From Candidatus Poribacteria bacterium (GTDB lineage: Bacteria > Poribacteria > WGA-4E > WGA-3G): a stretch of 64,000 nt of DNA. The DNA lies in NCBI GenBank assembly GCA_965214095.1, contig OZ243938.1, positions 4,288,001 to 4,352,000 of the forward strand. The letters are read 5' to 3'. The position numbers and the translations under genes are program-made. Of the stretch, positions 1 through 8,539 are shown piece by piece (positions within the stretch are counted from its first letter, which is position 1; every line of letters begins with the position of its first letter). The notes beneath the pieces were generated by a model that saw nothing but the letters and a program-made list of their open reading frames with translations, did not search any database and was not told the DNA's origin.

Positions 1-215
1 TCAATTGCTTTTGCCATATCTGCCATGTCAAACGGAGAGTGAAGGTCAGCATAGGTTGGGTATAGATATGTTTTCGCATGTTCAACCGTTTTTATTCCGC
101 GGTTAACAAGTAAACGTGCTACAAGTGGTGTGATGCCGAATTCCGCTGCCAGCATAAGACTCGTGTCAATATCTGGGTTCTGGTATCGCCATATTTTTGA
201 GGGCTGCTGTTTCAT
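1..215 (-). CDS. recJ: Single-stranded DNA exonuclease RecJ, 5' part (runs off the window)
   Basis: My translation from the ATG at 215 gives MKQQPSKIWRYQ...AAEFGITPLVARLLVNRGI...YLYPTYADLHSPFDMADMAKAI, a typical RecJ N-terminus. It is not in the ORF track because it is truncated. Confidence 0.85.
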   Translation of the reverse strand, partial: MKQQPSKIWRYQNPDIDTSLMLAAEFGITPLVARLLVNRGIKTVEHAKTYLYPTYADLHSPFDMADMAKAI

Positions 216-282
216 TAAATTATAATCTCTTATGTATGTTAATTGTAATATAGTACAAGAATCTATTAGTTTAATAAGAGTT

Positions 283-311
283 AATATATCATGAAATGTC
301 TCATTCGTCAA
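283..311 (-). promoter_or_regulatory. Putative sigma70 promoter for recJ
   Basis: The minus strand reads TTGACG-17 nt-TATATT with a TG extended -10. Confidence 0.5.
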
Positions 312-325
312 TGTAATCTAATATT

Positions 326-379
326 TTTGCCAGGGTTATTAATGAATACGACTCCTTAAAATTAAATAACCCTGCCAAA
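326..379. repeat. 15-bp inverted repeat between divergent promoters
   Basis: TTTGCCAGGGTTATT (326-340) and AATAACCCTGCCAAA (365-379) are 14/15 complementary, with a 24-nt spacer. Confidence 0.6.
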
Positions 380-380
380 T

Positions 381-409
381 TTGCCAATCCGTTGCAAATA
401 TGTTACAAT
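381..409 (+). promoter_or_regulatory. Putative sigma70 promoter for ORF 450-806
   Basis: TTGCCA-17 nt-TACAAT with a TG extended -10. Confidence 0.5.
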
Positions 410-449
410 AGCCACATAATACCTTTTACCTAAAAGAGTCAAACATTAG

Positions 450-806
450 ATGGGAAGTGAATTTAAAAGAACACTCATAGTTTTCATAGGATTTATTCTG
501 GTTTTAGCTGCTATCCTAATCGTTCTCATCCTACGTTATTCAGCCTATGGTTCAATCATAGAAACGATGGAGATGGTAGACTTCAATGGGATTTTCTTAG
601 CATTTATGGGTGCAGCAGTGCTGAACCTGATTAGTGTTGTTCTAACATTCGGTCTGGCGCGTGCGTGGGTAAAAGAACAACCAGAATTCGCTGAGAACAT
701 ATTTCGTTTTGCCAAAACTATCAGTATAACGTTGATCATTATAATTGGTGGTTTAGCAGGGGGAATTATTGTACTAAGAACTTTGTGGACAATCGGATAT
801 TTTTAA
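450..806 (+). CDS. Hypothetical membrane protein (about 3 TM segments)
   Basis: 118-aa ORF with three long hydrophobic stretches and a promoter-like sequence upstream. Confidence 0.7.
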   Translation: MGSEFKRTLIVFIGFILVLAAILIVLILRYSAYGSIIETMEMVDFNGIFLAFMGAAVLNLISVVLTFGLARAWVKEQPEFAENIFRFAKTISITLIIIIGGLAGGIIVLRTLWTIGYF

Positions 807-808
807 GT

Positions 809-837
809 TTGCATTTGTATTGTAAATGTGATATAAT
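809..837 (+). promoter_or_regulatory. Putative sigma70 promoter for the infC operon
   Basis: TTGCAT (809-814)-17 nt-TATAAT (832-837) with a TG extended -10. Confidence 0.65.
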
Positions 838-1036
838 ACCGTAATTAATATTTGGCTAAACATTCAATAGTGTTTAGTATGTATCAACATTTTGTAAAGA
901 TTGATTAATTGTCGTCCAGTTTACAGAAAAGGTAAATACAAGATTAGTCGTGTGTAATCGCTATACGGGTTGTTCATTTTGTTCAATTACACGTAACTAT
1001 ATTGCACATGCAGGATTATTCATGGGGGTGTGAAAA

Positions 1037-1582
1037 ATACACTATAGAGGCAGACGTAATCAGAAACCGAAGGAAAGACAGACTCGTTCTAATTATCAAA
1101 TACGAGCCAAAGAAATTTTGCTTATTGATGAAGAAAACAATCAGGTTGGTGTGATGACACCACGCGAGGCGATGAATCGTGCTGAAGAAGTCGGTTTGGA
1201 TTTGGTTGAAGTTTCACCAAATGCGAAACCACCTGTTTGTAAGATAATGAATTACGGGAAATATCAATACGAGAAGAATAAACGTGCAAAAGAGGCCCGA
1301 AAGAAACAGTCGAAGATTGTCCTGAAAGAGATACAGTTTCGACCAGATACTGCCGAACATGATTACCAATTCAAAAAACGTCATGTTGAAGACTTTTTGA
1401 AAAACGGTTGGAAGGTACGGGCAACTGTGCGTTTTCGCGGTAGGGAGATGCTCCACACAGAGTTGGGCAGAAACATGCTTTCCCGATTGGAAGAAGACGT
1501 GGCTGAACTGGCAGAGGTAGAACAACCTGCTAAGATGGAAACACGTGTCATGACCATGCTTCTAACACCGAAATCTTCATAA
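1037..1582 (+). CDS. infC: Translation initiation factor IF-3, probable non-canonical ATA start
   Basis: IF3 motifs LDLVEVSPNAKPPVCKIMNYGKY and VRFRGRE are present. The frame continues upstream of the track start (..TRSNYQIRAKEILLIDE) to ATA at 1037. That codon follows the SD GGGGGTG (1024-1030), and an in-frame TGA at 1031 closes the frame. Confidence 0.93.
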   Translation: MHYRGRRNQKPKERQTRSNYQIRAKEILLIDEENNQVGVMTPREAMNRAEEVGLDLVEVSPNAKPPVCKIMNYGKYQYEKNKRAKEARKKQSKIVLKEIQFRPDTAEHDYQFKKRHVEDFLKNGWKVRATVRFRGREMLHTELGRNMLSRLEEDVAELAEVEQPAKMETRVMTMLLTPKSS

Positions 1583-1597
1583 GTTAGTGTCTCATAC

Positions 1598-1792
1598 ATT
1601 CTATGAACGGCACAACAACGCATATTTGTGTTCATAGAATTCTGTATCCCTTCTGATTTGACGGCTATTGAAGAGATACACCTTTTGCGAGGGGACAACG
1701 TTTCTCCTCGTTTATTTTGTAAGTTTATGTCTACACCCTATCTAAAGAGGACCTTCAATAAGTCAGTTAATAAAAGCCGTAATAGAGGATAT
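1598..1792 (+). promoter_or_regulatory. Candidate structured cis-regulatory RNA upstream of rpmI (L20-leader-like)
   Basis: There is an 11-bp hairpin (1598-1608/1630-1640). Further pairings are TATTGAAG/CTTCAATA, ACGGCT/AGCCGT, CGAGGGGA/TCTCCTCG and TATCC/GGATA, the last overlapping the rpmI SD. Confidence 0.45.
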
Positions 1793-1796
1793 TGTA

Positions 1797-1988
1797 ATGC
1801 CGAAAAAGAAAACGCATAAAGGCGCAGCAAAACGTTTCAAATTTACTGCAAAAGGGAAGATTCGCCGTAATCGAGCGTATGCGGGACACTTATTTATCTC
1901 AAAATCTGCGAAACGGAAACGACGTTTACGACAATCTACATTAGTTGATCCAAGCAATGAGAAACGATTGAAACGTTTAATTTATTAG
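1797..1988 (+). CDS. rpmI: 50S ribosomal protein L35
   Basis: MPKKKTHKGAAKRFKFT..GKI signature, located between infC and rplT. Confidence 0.97.
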   Translation: MPKKKTHKGAAKRFKFTAKGKIRRNRAYAGHLFISKSAKRKRRLRQSTLVDPSNEKRLKRLIY

Positions 1989-1997
1989 GAGTTCAAA

Positions 1998-2345
1998 ATG
2001 TCACGAGTAAAAACAGGGAATATCCGCCGGAAACGGAGGAAACGGATTCTTAAGCATTCCAAAGGTTTTCGTGGTGGACGTAATAATCTCAGACGTACCG
2101 CGGTGGAAGCGGTTGAAAAAGCGTGGAATCACGCTTATACACATAGACGTGCGCGAAAACGCGACTTTAGACGACTCTGGATTATGCGTATTAATGCCGC
2201 CGCAAGACTGCACGGATTGACATACAGTAAATTCATTCACGGACTAAAGACCGCAGGTGTGGAATTAGATAGAAAAGTCCTTGCTGACATTGCAGTGAAT
2301 GATGCATCAGGATTTGAACAACTTGCCACCTTGGCAAAGGGATAG
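1998..2345 (+). CDS. rplT: 50S ribosomal protein L20
   Basis: MSRVK..., [18 protein letters not shown] and [11 protein letters not shown] motifs. Confidence 0.98.
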   Translation: MSRVKTGNIRRKRRKRILKHSKGFRGGRNNLRRTAVEAVEKAWNHAYTHRRARKRDFRRLWIMRINAAARLHGLTYSKFIHGLKTAGVELDRKVLADIAVNDASGFEQLATLAKG

Positions 2346-2353
2346 ATTGAACG

Positions 2354-2603
2354 GCAGTGAAGGGCAAAGTAGGTCGTTGAGACATCTCAAACAGAGATAC
2401 CGTGCCATCGGCTGGAAGCGCGGTTTTGGGAGCAACGACTGAATTTCATCCTGGAGCCAATTGACAAAGAAATGAAGCGGGCAGATTTAACAATCTGTCA
2501 AGCGGGGTGGTACCGCGGAAGTAGATGCTTGTCGCTTTCGTCCCCATAAATATCTCAAGTAAAACTTGAGATAGAGGGACAGTGTGACAGGCATAAATTT
2601 TTT
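2354..2603 (+). ncRNA. T-box riboswitch (tRNA-Phe specific) leader of pheST
   Basis: Stem I (GGTCGTTG/CAACGACT) has the AGAGA and GCTG distal motifs and the specifier codon TTC (Phe) at 2445-2447. The T-box AAGCGGGGTGGTACCGCG lies at 2500-2517 with antiterminator partner TTCGTCCCC. The terminator stem ATGCTTGTC/GACAGGCAT is followed by a T-run. Confidence 0.92.
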
Positions 2604-2614
2604 ATAAGGCGACT

Positions 2615-3631
2615 ATGAAAGCAGAATTAGAAGCAATTCAAGTAGCAGCACAGGAAGCATTAAAAGATGTGAAAACTGCAGAGGCACTTGAATCGCTGAG
2701 AATTGAATACTTTGGACGCAGAGGAAAGTTGACAGATGTTATGAAGGGCATGGGGCAACTTTCTAAAGAAGAACGACCTGTTATTGGAAAACTCGCGAAT
2801 GAGGTGCGTGCATCCTTAACGGAAGCTTTTGAAGTGACGAAGAACGCACTGGAGAGCGAACATCAAGAACAGCAACTCATTGCAGAATCAATTGATATTA
2901 CACTTCCTGGACGAAAACCTGCTTACGGGAAAGCACACCCCGTGATGCAGACGTTAGAACGGATTGAATCGATTTTCACACAAATGGGGTTTCAAGTGGT
3001 GACGGGACCAGAAGTTGAAACGGAACATTATAATTTTGATGCGCTAAACACACCACCTGACCATCCCGCCCGCGATCTGCATGATACTTTCTATCTGACA
3101 GATGGTCATCTGTTACGGACCCATACTTCCCCAGTTCAAATCCGAGCGATGGAAAACCAGAAACCACCAGTTCGTATTATTGTTCCCGGTAAAGCGTATC
3201 GTGTGGATTACGATGTATCACATACACCTATGTTTCACCAGGTTGAGGGGTTGCTTGTGGATAGACACGTCACTTTCAGTGAATTGAAAGGGTTGTTAGT
3301 ATCTTTTGCCAGACAGATGTTTGGTGATCAGACGCGGATGCGTTTCCGTCCACATTTTTTTCCGTTTACTGAACCGAGTGCTGAAGCGGATATTACATGC
3401 ACTGTGTGCCGAGGTGAAGGTTGTCGTAGTTGTGGACACACAGGATGGATAGAGATATTAGGGGCAGGTGCGGTTGACCCAGAGGTGTTCCGTGCTGTCA
3501 ACTATGACCCTGAAGAAGTTACTGGATTCGCCTTCGGGATGGGTGTAGAACGTATCGCCAATCTTCAGTTCCGTATCCCAGACATCCGCACATTTTATGA
3601 AAACGATCTTCGGTTCTTAAGACAGTTTTAA
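2615..3631 (+). CDS. pheS: Phenylalanine--tRNA ligase alpha subunit
   Basis: HPARDLHDTFY, LLRTHTSPVQIR, FPFTEPS and GFAFGMGVER motifs. Confidence 0.98.
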   Translation: MKAELEAIQVAAQEALKDVKTAEALESLRIEYFGRRGKLTDVMKGMGQLSKEERPVIGKLANEVRASLTEAFEVTKNALESEHQEQQLIAESIDITLPGRKPAYGKAHPVMQTLERIESIFTQMGFQVVTGPEVETEHYNFDALNTPPDHPARDLHDTFYLTDGHLLRTHTSPVQIRAMENQKPPVRIIVPGKAYRVDYDVSHTPMFHQVEGLLVDRHVTFSELKGLLVSFARQMFGDQTRMRFRPHFFPFTEPSAEADITCTVCRGEGCRSCGHTGWIEILGAGAVDPEVFRAVNYDPEEVTGFAFGMGVERIANLQFRIPDIRTFYENDLRFLRQF

Positions 3632-3670
3632 ACAAATTAAAGCAAGTTTGATATAATCATATATTAGAAT

Positions 3671-3889
3671 CGGTGCGATTGGGAAACCGCATCATAAACG
3701 TCAATTTAGCATCCTTCCAGTACCGGTAGGTTCGGTTTCCTAACCGAACCGGCTTTGTGCCAAATACCTTCTTAGAGGTTCTCGCGTACGATCCGGTTCG
3801 GTTAGGAAACCGAACCTACCGTCCTAGGAAAACGCCTAATTTACACTAAATTGATGCATAAGTTGTGATTAGGAAATCGCACCTGTCGG
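3671..3889. repeat. REP cluster: perfect 29-bp inverted GTAG-REP doublet inside a TA-ended element, flanked by two degenerate REPs
   Basis: CGGTAGGTTCGGTTTCCTAACCGAACCGG (3724-3752) and its exact reverse complement (3793-3821). The outer IR TAAACGTCAATTTAG/CTAAATTGATGCATA spans 3695-3860. Degenerate copies lie at 3671-3693 and 3862-3889. Confidence 0.85.
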
Positions 3890-3991
3890 AGTTGTGAGAG
3901 TAAGGTCATAAGCAAGAAAAACACATAAATAAAGTATCGATTCACATTAAATTAAGTAAATTTCTGATTTGCTGTAAAAAGGACTCATAAA

Positions 3992-6388
3992 TTGAACGTA
4001 ACAATAAATTGGCTGAAAACATACATAGACTTTGACTTTTCTGCGGAAGAACTTGCGGAAAGGTTAACGATGTTAGGGATTGAAGTAGAATCTATCAAAG
4101 AACTTGGCACTGCATTAAAAGGTGTCGTCGTCGGTAAAGTGAATTGCATCAAACCACATCCGAATGCGGATAAACTTGTGCTTTGTCAGGTGGATATTGG
4201 TGAGGAAGACACACTCCAGATAGTTTGTGGCGCACCAAATGCACGTGAAGGAATGTTCGCACCTGTCGCAACAATAGGCACAGATTTACCCACTGGTATC
4301 TCAATAAAACGCGCTAAACTACGTGGTGAAGAATCGCACGGGATGCTCTGTTCAGAGAAAGAGTTGGGAATCTCTGATGATGCTGCAGGACTGATGGAAT
4401 TATCCTCTGATATTCCCATCGGTATCGGGTTCACCGATGCCTTGGGTTTAGATGATACAATCTTTGAACTGGAAATAACCCCGAACCGTCCAGACTGCTT
4501 GAGTTTAATCGGTGTCGCTCGCGAGATTAGAGCAGAAACAGGTAATGACATAAAATTGCCTGAAGTGAATATACAAGAAGACGGCACTGACATTCGCGAA
4601 ATCACTTCTGTCACTATTGATGCACCAGATCTCTGCCCTCGTTATGCAGCACGTGTGATCCGTGGCGTGAAAATAGGGGAATCACCGGATTGGTTAAAAC
4701 AGCGACTTGAGTCTGTCGGCATTGGTGTTATCAATAATATTGTGGATGTTACAAACTTTGTCTTGATGGAGTATGGACAACCGTTGCATGCATTTGATTA
4801 CAACAAACTGGGAGAAAACCGCATTGTTGTGCGTCGGGCAGCAGAAGGTGAACAGATCACAACCCTTGATGAAGAGGAACGCAAACTCACGCCTGATATG
4901 TTAGTGATCGCTGATGCAGAAAGACCTATAGCACTTGCTGGAATTATGGGAGGATATGATTCAGAGATCACTGGCACAACGTGTGATGTGCTGCTGGAAA
5001 GTGCTAATTTCGATCCTTCAAGTGTTCGTGCAACCGCAAAAGCCTTGGGTTTGAACACAGAGGCATCATATAGATTTGAACGAGGTGTGGATCCAGAGAC
5101 AGTTATTCCGGCAATTGACCGCGCAACGCAACTTATTGTAGAGTTGGCAGGTGGCACAGTATGTGAAGGGATTATTGATGAATATCCGGGGAAATGTGAA
5201 CTCTTACAGATTCAGCTTCGTCCTGAACGCGTCAACTTCATATTAGGAACCGAACTTGAAGCAGATGAGATTAAACAGATTCTGCTCCGTTTAGGGTTTG
5301 GTGTAGACACTTTACAACAACAGGATTATGTCTATCAGGTCACAGTGCCGACATACCGTAGAGATATTACACGTGAGATTGATCTGATTGAGGAGATTGC
5401 GCGTGTACACGGGTATGACAACATCCCTACATCGCTGCCAAAAGGCGACATCCCTGTTCCCACGACTAACACCTTAGATGAAGTCCGCAGACGCATAAAG
5501 CAGTATCTGCTTGGTTCAGGTATGATGGAAGCGATAAACTATAGTTTCTGCCATCCGAACTGCTTTGACAAAATACGTTTAACTGAAAACAATCCACTCC
5601 GTGATGCATTGAAACTACAAAATCCGTTGAGTCCAGAGATGTCAATCCTTCGCACGACATTATTGCCGAGTCTACTTGAAAATGCTCTCCATAACCATAA
5701 TCATCAGATAGATACTATTGCACTCTTTGAGATATCCACAGTGTTCTTGAATTCCGAAGAACCGGCACGCATTGCTGGCATTCTTGCAGGTGAAATAGGG
5801 GGAGGAGTCTACGGAAATCCGTATCACCCACCAGATTTCTTTGACATCAAAGGGCTTGTTGAGGGAGCACTTGAGACATGCGGCATTACCGATTGGAAAT
5901 ATGCGAAAACTGATGAGCCAACATTCCATCCGGGGCGAAATGCTGAAGTGTTGTTGAGAGATCAACGTATCGGGATTCTGGGTGAAGCACATCCAGAGGT
6001 GCTTGATAATTACGAACTTCCTTACAAGGTATATCTCTTTGACCTTGATCTTGATAAACTGGCAGACGCAGCAGATTTCTCCAAACGATTTGAACCGATT
6101 CCTGTCTATCCCAGTGTTTTGCGTGACCTTGCGATTGTTGTAGATCAGGAAATGCCATCCGATATGCCGATAGATATTATCTATTCCACTGGTGGGGATC
6201 TGGTGGAATCGGTGCGACTGTTTGATGTATATGTGGGTGATCAAGTGCAAGAAGGCAAGAAAAGTCTGGCATATACAATAACATATCATTCTACCACCGT
6301 GACCTTGACGGATAAGGAAGTCAACGACCTTCATGAAAAAGTTGTCAAACGGCTGAATCAGGAACTCGGCGCGGAGCTGCGGTTGTAG
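3992..6388 (+). CDS. pheT: Phenylalanine--tRNA ligase beta subunit
   Basis: HPNADKL, IVCGAPN, SHGMLCS, EITPNRPDCLS and DLIEEIARVHGY motifs, with a C-terminal FDX-ACB domain. Confidence 0.98.
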   Translation: MNVTINWLKTYIDFDFSAEELAERLTMLGIEVESIKELGTALKGVVVGKVNCIKPHPNADKLVLCQVDIGEEDTLQIVCGAPNAREGMFAPVATIGTDLPTGISIKRAKLRGEESHGMLCSEKELGISDDAAGLMELSSDIPIGIGFTDALGLDDTIFELEITPNRPDCLSLIGVAREIRAETGNDIKLPEVNIQEDGTDIREITSVTIDAPDLCPRYAARVIRGVKIGESPDWLKQRLESVGIGVINNIVDVTNFVLMEYGQPLHAFDYNKLGENRIVVRRAAEGEQITTLDEEERKLTPDMLVIADAERPIALAGIMGGYDSEITGTTCDVLLESANFDPSSVRATAKALGLNTEASYRFERGVDPETVIPAIDRATQLIVELAGGTVCEGIIDEYPGKCELLQIQLRPERVNFILGTELEADEIKQILLRLGFGVDTLQQQDYVYQVTVPTYRRDITREIDLIEEIARVHGYDNIPTSLPKGDIPVPTTNTLDEVRRRIKQYLLGSGMMEAINYSFCHPNCFDKIRLTENNPLRDALKLQNPLSPEMSILRTTLLPSLLENALHNHNHQIDTIALFEISTVFLNSEEPARIAGILAGEIGGGVYGNPYHPPDFFDIKGLVEGALETCGITDWKYAKTDEPTFHPGRNAEVLLRDQRIGILGEAHPEVLDNYELPYKVYLFDLDLDKLADAADFSKRFEPIPVYPSVLRDLAIVVDQEMPSDMPIDIIYSTGGDLVESVRLFDVYVGDQVQEGKKSLAYTITYHSTTVTLTDKEVNDLHEKVVKRLNQELGAELRL

Positions 6389-6391
6389 TAG

Positions 6392-6436
6392 TTGTCTGAA
6401 CCAGGATTTTCAGGATTGTAGGATTTTCAGGATTAG
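6392..6436. repeat. Short tandem (C)AGGATT repeat element
   Basis: TTGTCTGAACC is followed by four AGGATT units spaced 9, 8 and 9 nt apart. Confidence 0.6.
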
Positions 6437-6473
6437 TCCATTTCTGAAAATTACTTACCTATAAGAAATAGAT

Positions 6474-6510
6474 CGTTTGTAGTCGCGCAATTCATTGTAC
6501 TTCTCACATT
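6474..6510 (+). repeat. GTAG-type REP, class 2 (GTAGTCGCGYAATTCATT...)
   Basis: Near-identical to 34391-34426 and 36506-36542. Confidence 0.7.
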
Positions 6511-6536
6511 CGTCTTAAAATATGGCACATAATATC

Positions 6537-6639
6537 TATGGTAAATTATTGAATTCATTCTACACATTGCTGAGGCGAGGTTAGGAAACCTCGCCTACCG
6601 TTGATAGAAAGTGTTGATATAATTCTATGCTTTACCATA
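6537..6639 (-). mobile_element. 103-bp TA-ended MITE-like element enclosing a GTAG REP hairpin
   Basis: The ends TATGGTAAA...TTTACCATA form an imperfect TIR of about 30 bp around the core GGCGAGGTTAGGAAACCTCGCCTACCG. Length and layout match 49482-49584 and 63039-63141. Confidence 0.7.
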
Positions 6640-6675
6640 AATGGGATTTGTTATCAGAAACTCGGCAAAAACGCT

Positions 6676-7377
6676 ATGCAGGCACACCGTATCAAGAAGT
6701 TATTTTCTGCTATTGCACGACACTACGATTTTCTCAATTCCTTGCTAAGTCTGCGATTTGACCGTGTATGGCGTAGAGAGACAGTCAAAGCGAGCAGTGT
6801 AACGCCAACAAGTAAAGTGCTTGACGTTTGCACAGGGACAGGTGAACTTGCACTTGCTTATGCTGATATGCTTGAAGCGGGTGGTTCTGTTATCGGTTCG
6901 GACTTTTGCTATGAGATGTTAATTGTTGGGAAGCAGAAGGTAGAACGACAGAATAGACAATACGCGTTCATTCCGATTGAGGCTGATACCCTAACCCTCC
7001 CATTTTCGGATAATACTTTTGACATTGTTTCAGTTGGTTTTGGTATTCGGAATGTATCTGATCTTGAATTGGGTATCCGTGAGATGACGCGCGTTGCTGT
7101 TCCCGGTGGAAGAATAGCCATTCTGGAGTTCACACAGCCGGTCAATCCGGTGTTCCGCGGACTCTACTATTTCTATTTTACGAAGATTTTGCCGTTCCTT
7201 GGCAATTGTATCTCCCGCAATAAAGATGATGCTTACGGGTATCTTCCGCGTTCAGTCATGCAGTTTCCAAATTGTGATGCATTGAAACAGGTGATGGAAC
7301 AGTGTGGACTGACAGATGTTGAGTATTATCGGAAGACCTTGGGTATTGTAGCGATTCATATTGGGAAAAAAGCCTAA
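6676..7377 (+). CDS. ubiE: UbiE/MenG family demethylmenaquinone methyltransferase
   Basis: FSAIARHYDFLNSLLS, LDVCTGTG, VGFGIRNV and YGYLPRSV motifs. I moved the start to the ATG at 6676 because the track start lies inside the MITE. Confidence 0.9.
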   Translation: MQAHRIKKLFSAIARHYDFLNSLLSLRFDRVWRRETVKASSVTPTSKVLDVCTGTGELALAYADMLEAGGSVIGSDFCYEMLIVGKQKVERQNRQYAFIPIEADTLTLPFSDNTFDIVSVGFGIRNVSDLELGIREMTRVAVPGGRIAILEFTQPVNPVFRGLYYFYFTKILPFLGNCISRNKDDAYGYLPRSVMQFPNCDALKQVMEQCGLTDVEYYRKTLGIVAIHIGKKA

Positions 7378-7399
7378 ATTTGTCTGTATAGGAGAAACT

Positions 7400-8530
7400 A
7401 TGAAAACTTTGCTAAGAATATATGCATCAGTGATAGTGATTATGTTTTCAATTAACATAATTGGATGTGGTGAACGTGTTGAAGATGATGAAAGTGCGCT
7501 TCTGCTGCGCGCAAATCCATCCCCTGGTTCCACACTTGAAGAAAACAGCACAATCACTGTAACTTTCGATAAATATCCCGGCAGTGTCCAAGTGAATGTA
7601 GGAACTGCTACTATTTCTGGTACTACGGTTACTATAGAGGGACCGTTTCCAAAAGGGCAACTAAAACTCACAATTACTTGGGAGGGTGGAGACCGTGATT
7701 TAACTTACACCATTGGCACACCAGAACAGATTGTAGATAAACCAGAAATAGAACCTGACCCAGAACCTATTGCTCCTGATGGCATGGTGCTTATACCTGA
7801 AGGTGAATTTGAGATGGGAAGTGATGATGGAGACGCAGATAATGATGAACAACCAGTGCATACCGTTTTTCTTGATGCTTTCTTTATTGACGAGAACGAA
7901 GTGACGAATGCAGAATTTAAGGATTTTGTCCTTGCGAATCCAGCTTGGCAAAAGAACCAAATTGATGAAAAGTTCAAAGATGACAATTACCTCTTTGACT
8001 GGCAAGGAAACAACTATCCTAATGACCAAGGTGATCATCCAGTGCGTTTCGTGAGTTGGTATGCGGCGATGGCTTATGCTGTTTGGGTAGACAAACGTCT
8101 GCCGACAGAAGCTGAATGGGAGAAGGCTGCCCGTGGAGGACTAAAAGGTAAAAAATATCCGTGGGGAAATGATATTACCGCAAAAAGAGCCAATTACGGT
8201 AAGAGACTTGGACATACAACACCTGTGGGTGATTATCCTCCGAACGATTATGGTGTATATGACATGGCAGGAAATGTATGGGAGTGGTGTCTTGACGGTT
8301 ATCTGAGTGACTTCTACGCAAACTCACCTCGTGAAAATCCTGTTGCGGTTGATAATAATGTTGAAGATATCGTTAATGATTTTGAGAATATAGTAACTAA
8401 TCGTGTCCTACGTGGTAGTGGATGGAATGGTAATCCTGAATGGTTACGTGCTGCGAATAGACATGGTACCGGTCCAAATTATGCCGGTATTGGTGCGCTC
8501 GGATTCCGTTGTGCGAAAGACATTGAGTAG
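7400..8530 (+). CDS. Lipoprotein with an N-terminal Ig-like region and an FGE-sulfatase (SUMF1/CLec-fold) domain
   Basis: Lipobox-like IIGC, then FEMGS, EVTNAEF, RLPTEAEWEKAARGG, DMAGNVWEW and GFRC. The FGE catalytic Cys pair is absent. Confidence 0.85.
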   Translation: MKTLLRIYASVIVIMFSINIIGCGERVEDDESALLLRANPSPGSTLEENSTITVTFDKYPGSVQVNVGTATISGTTVTIEGPFPKGQLKLTITWEGGDRDLTYTIGTPEQIVDKPEIEPDPEPIAPDGMVLIPEGEFEMGSDDGDADNDEQPVHTVFLDAFFIDENEVTNAEFKDFVLANPAWQKNQIDEKFKDDNYLFDWQGNNYPNDQGDHPVRFVSWYAAMAYAVWVDKRLPTEAEWEKAARGGLKGKKYPWGNDITAKRANYGKRLGHTTPVGDYPPNDYGVYDMAGNVWEWCLDGYLSDFYANSPRENPVAVDNNVEDIVNDFENIVTNRVLRGSGWNGNPEWLRAANRHGTGPNYAGIGALGFRCAKDIE

Positions 8531-8539
8531 TTACCAATA

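Noticed and set aside
1640-1795. 6S RNA
   Set aside because: The size is similar, but I could not see the continuous rod with a central bubble, and the pairing runs into the rpmI SD, which favours a cis element.
1628-1819. 63-aa ORF between infC and rpmI
   Set aside because: It has no recognisable motif or SD and overlaps rpmI out of frame. The region is better explained as structured RNA.
3671-3889. Possible CRISPR array from the repeated palindromes
   Set aside because: The repeats are inverted or degenerate, few, and irregularly spaced. There are no cas genes. A REP cluster fits better.
5672-6334. 220-aa antisense ORF within pheT (and similar shadow ORFs such as 51690-52280 and those opposite the WD40 genes)
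   Set aside because: These lie fully opposite well-supported genes, have no motifs, and are expected from codon bias.
6601-6675. N-terminal extension of ubiE given in the ORF track
   Set aside because: It starts inside the 6537-6639 element, and family similarity begins near the ATG at 6676.
8400-8530. Diversity-generating retroelement target (CLec/FGE C-terminus)
   Set aside because: No template repeat differing at adenines and no reverse transcriptase was seen in the window. A remote DGR cannot be excluded.
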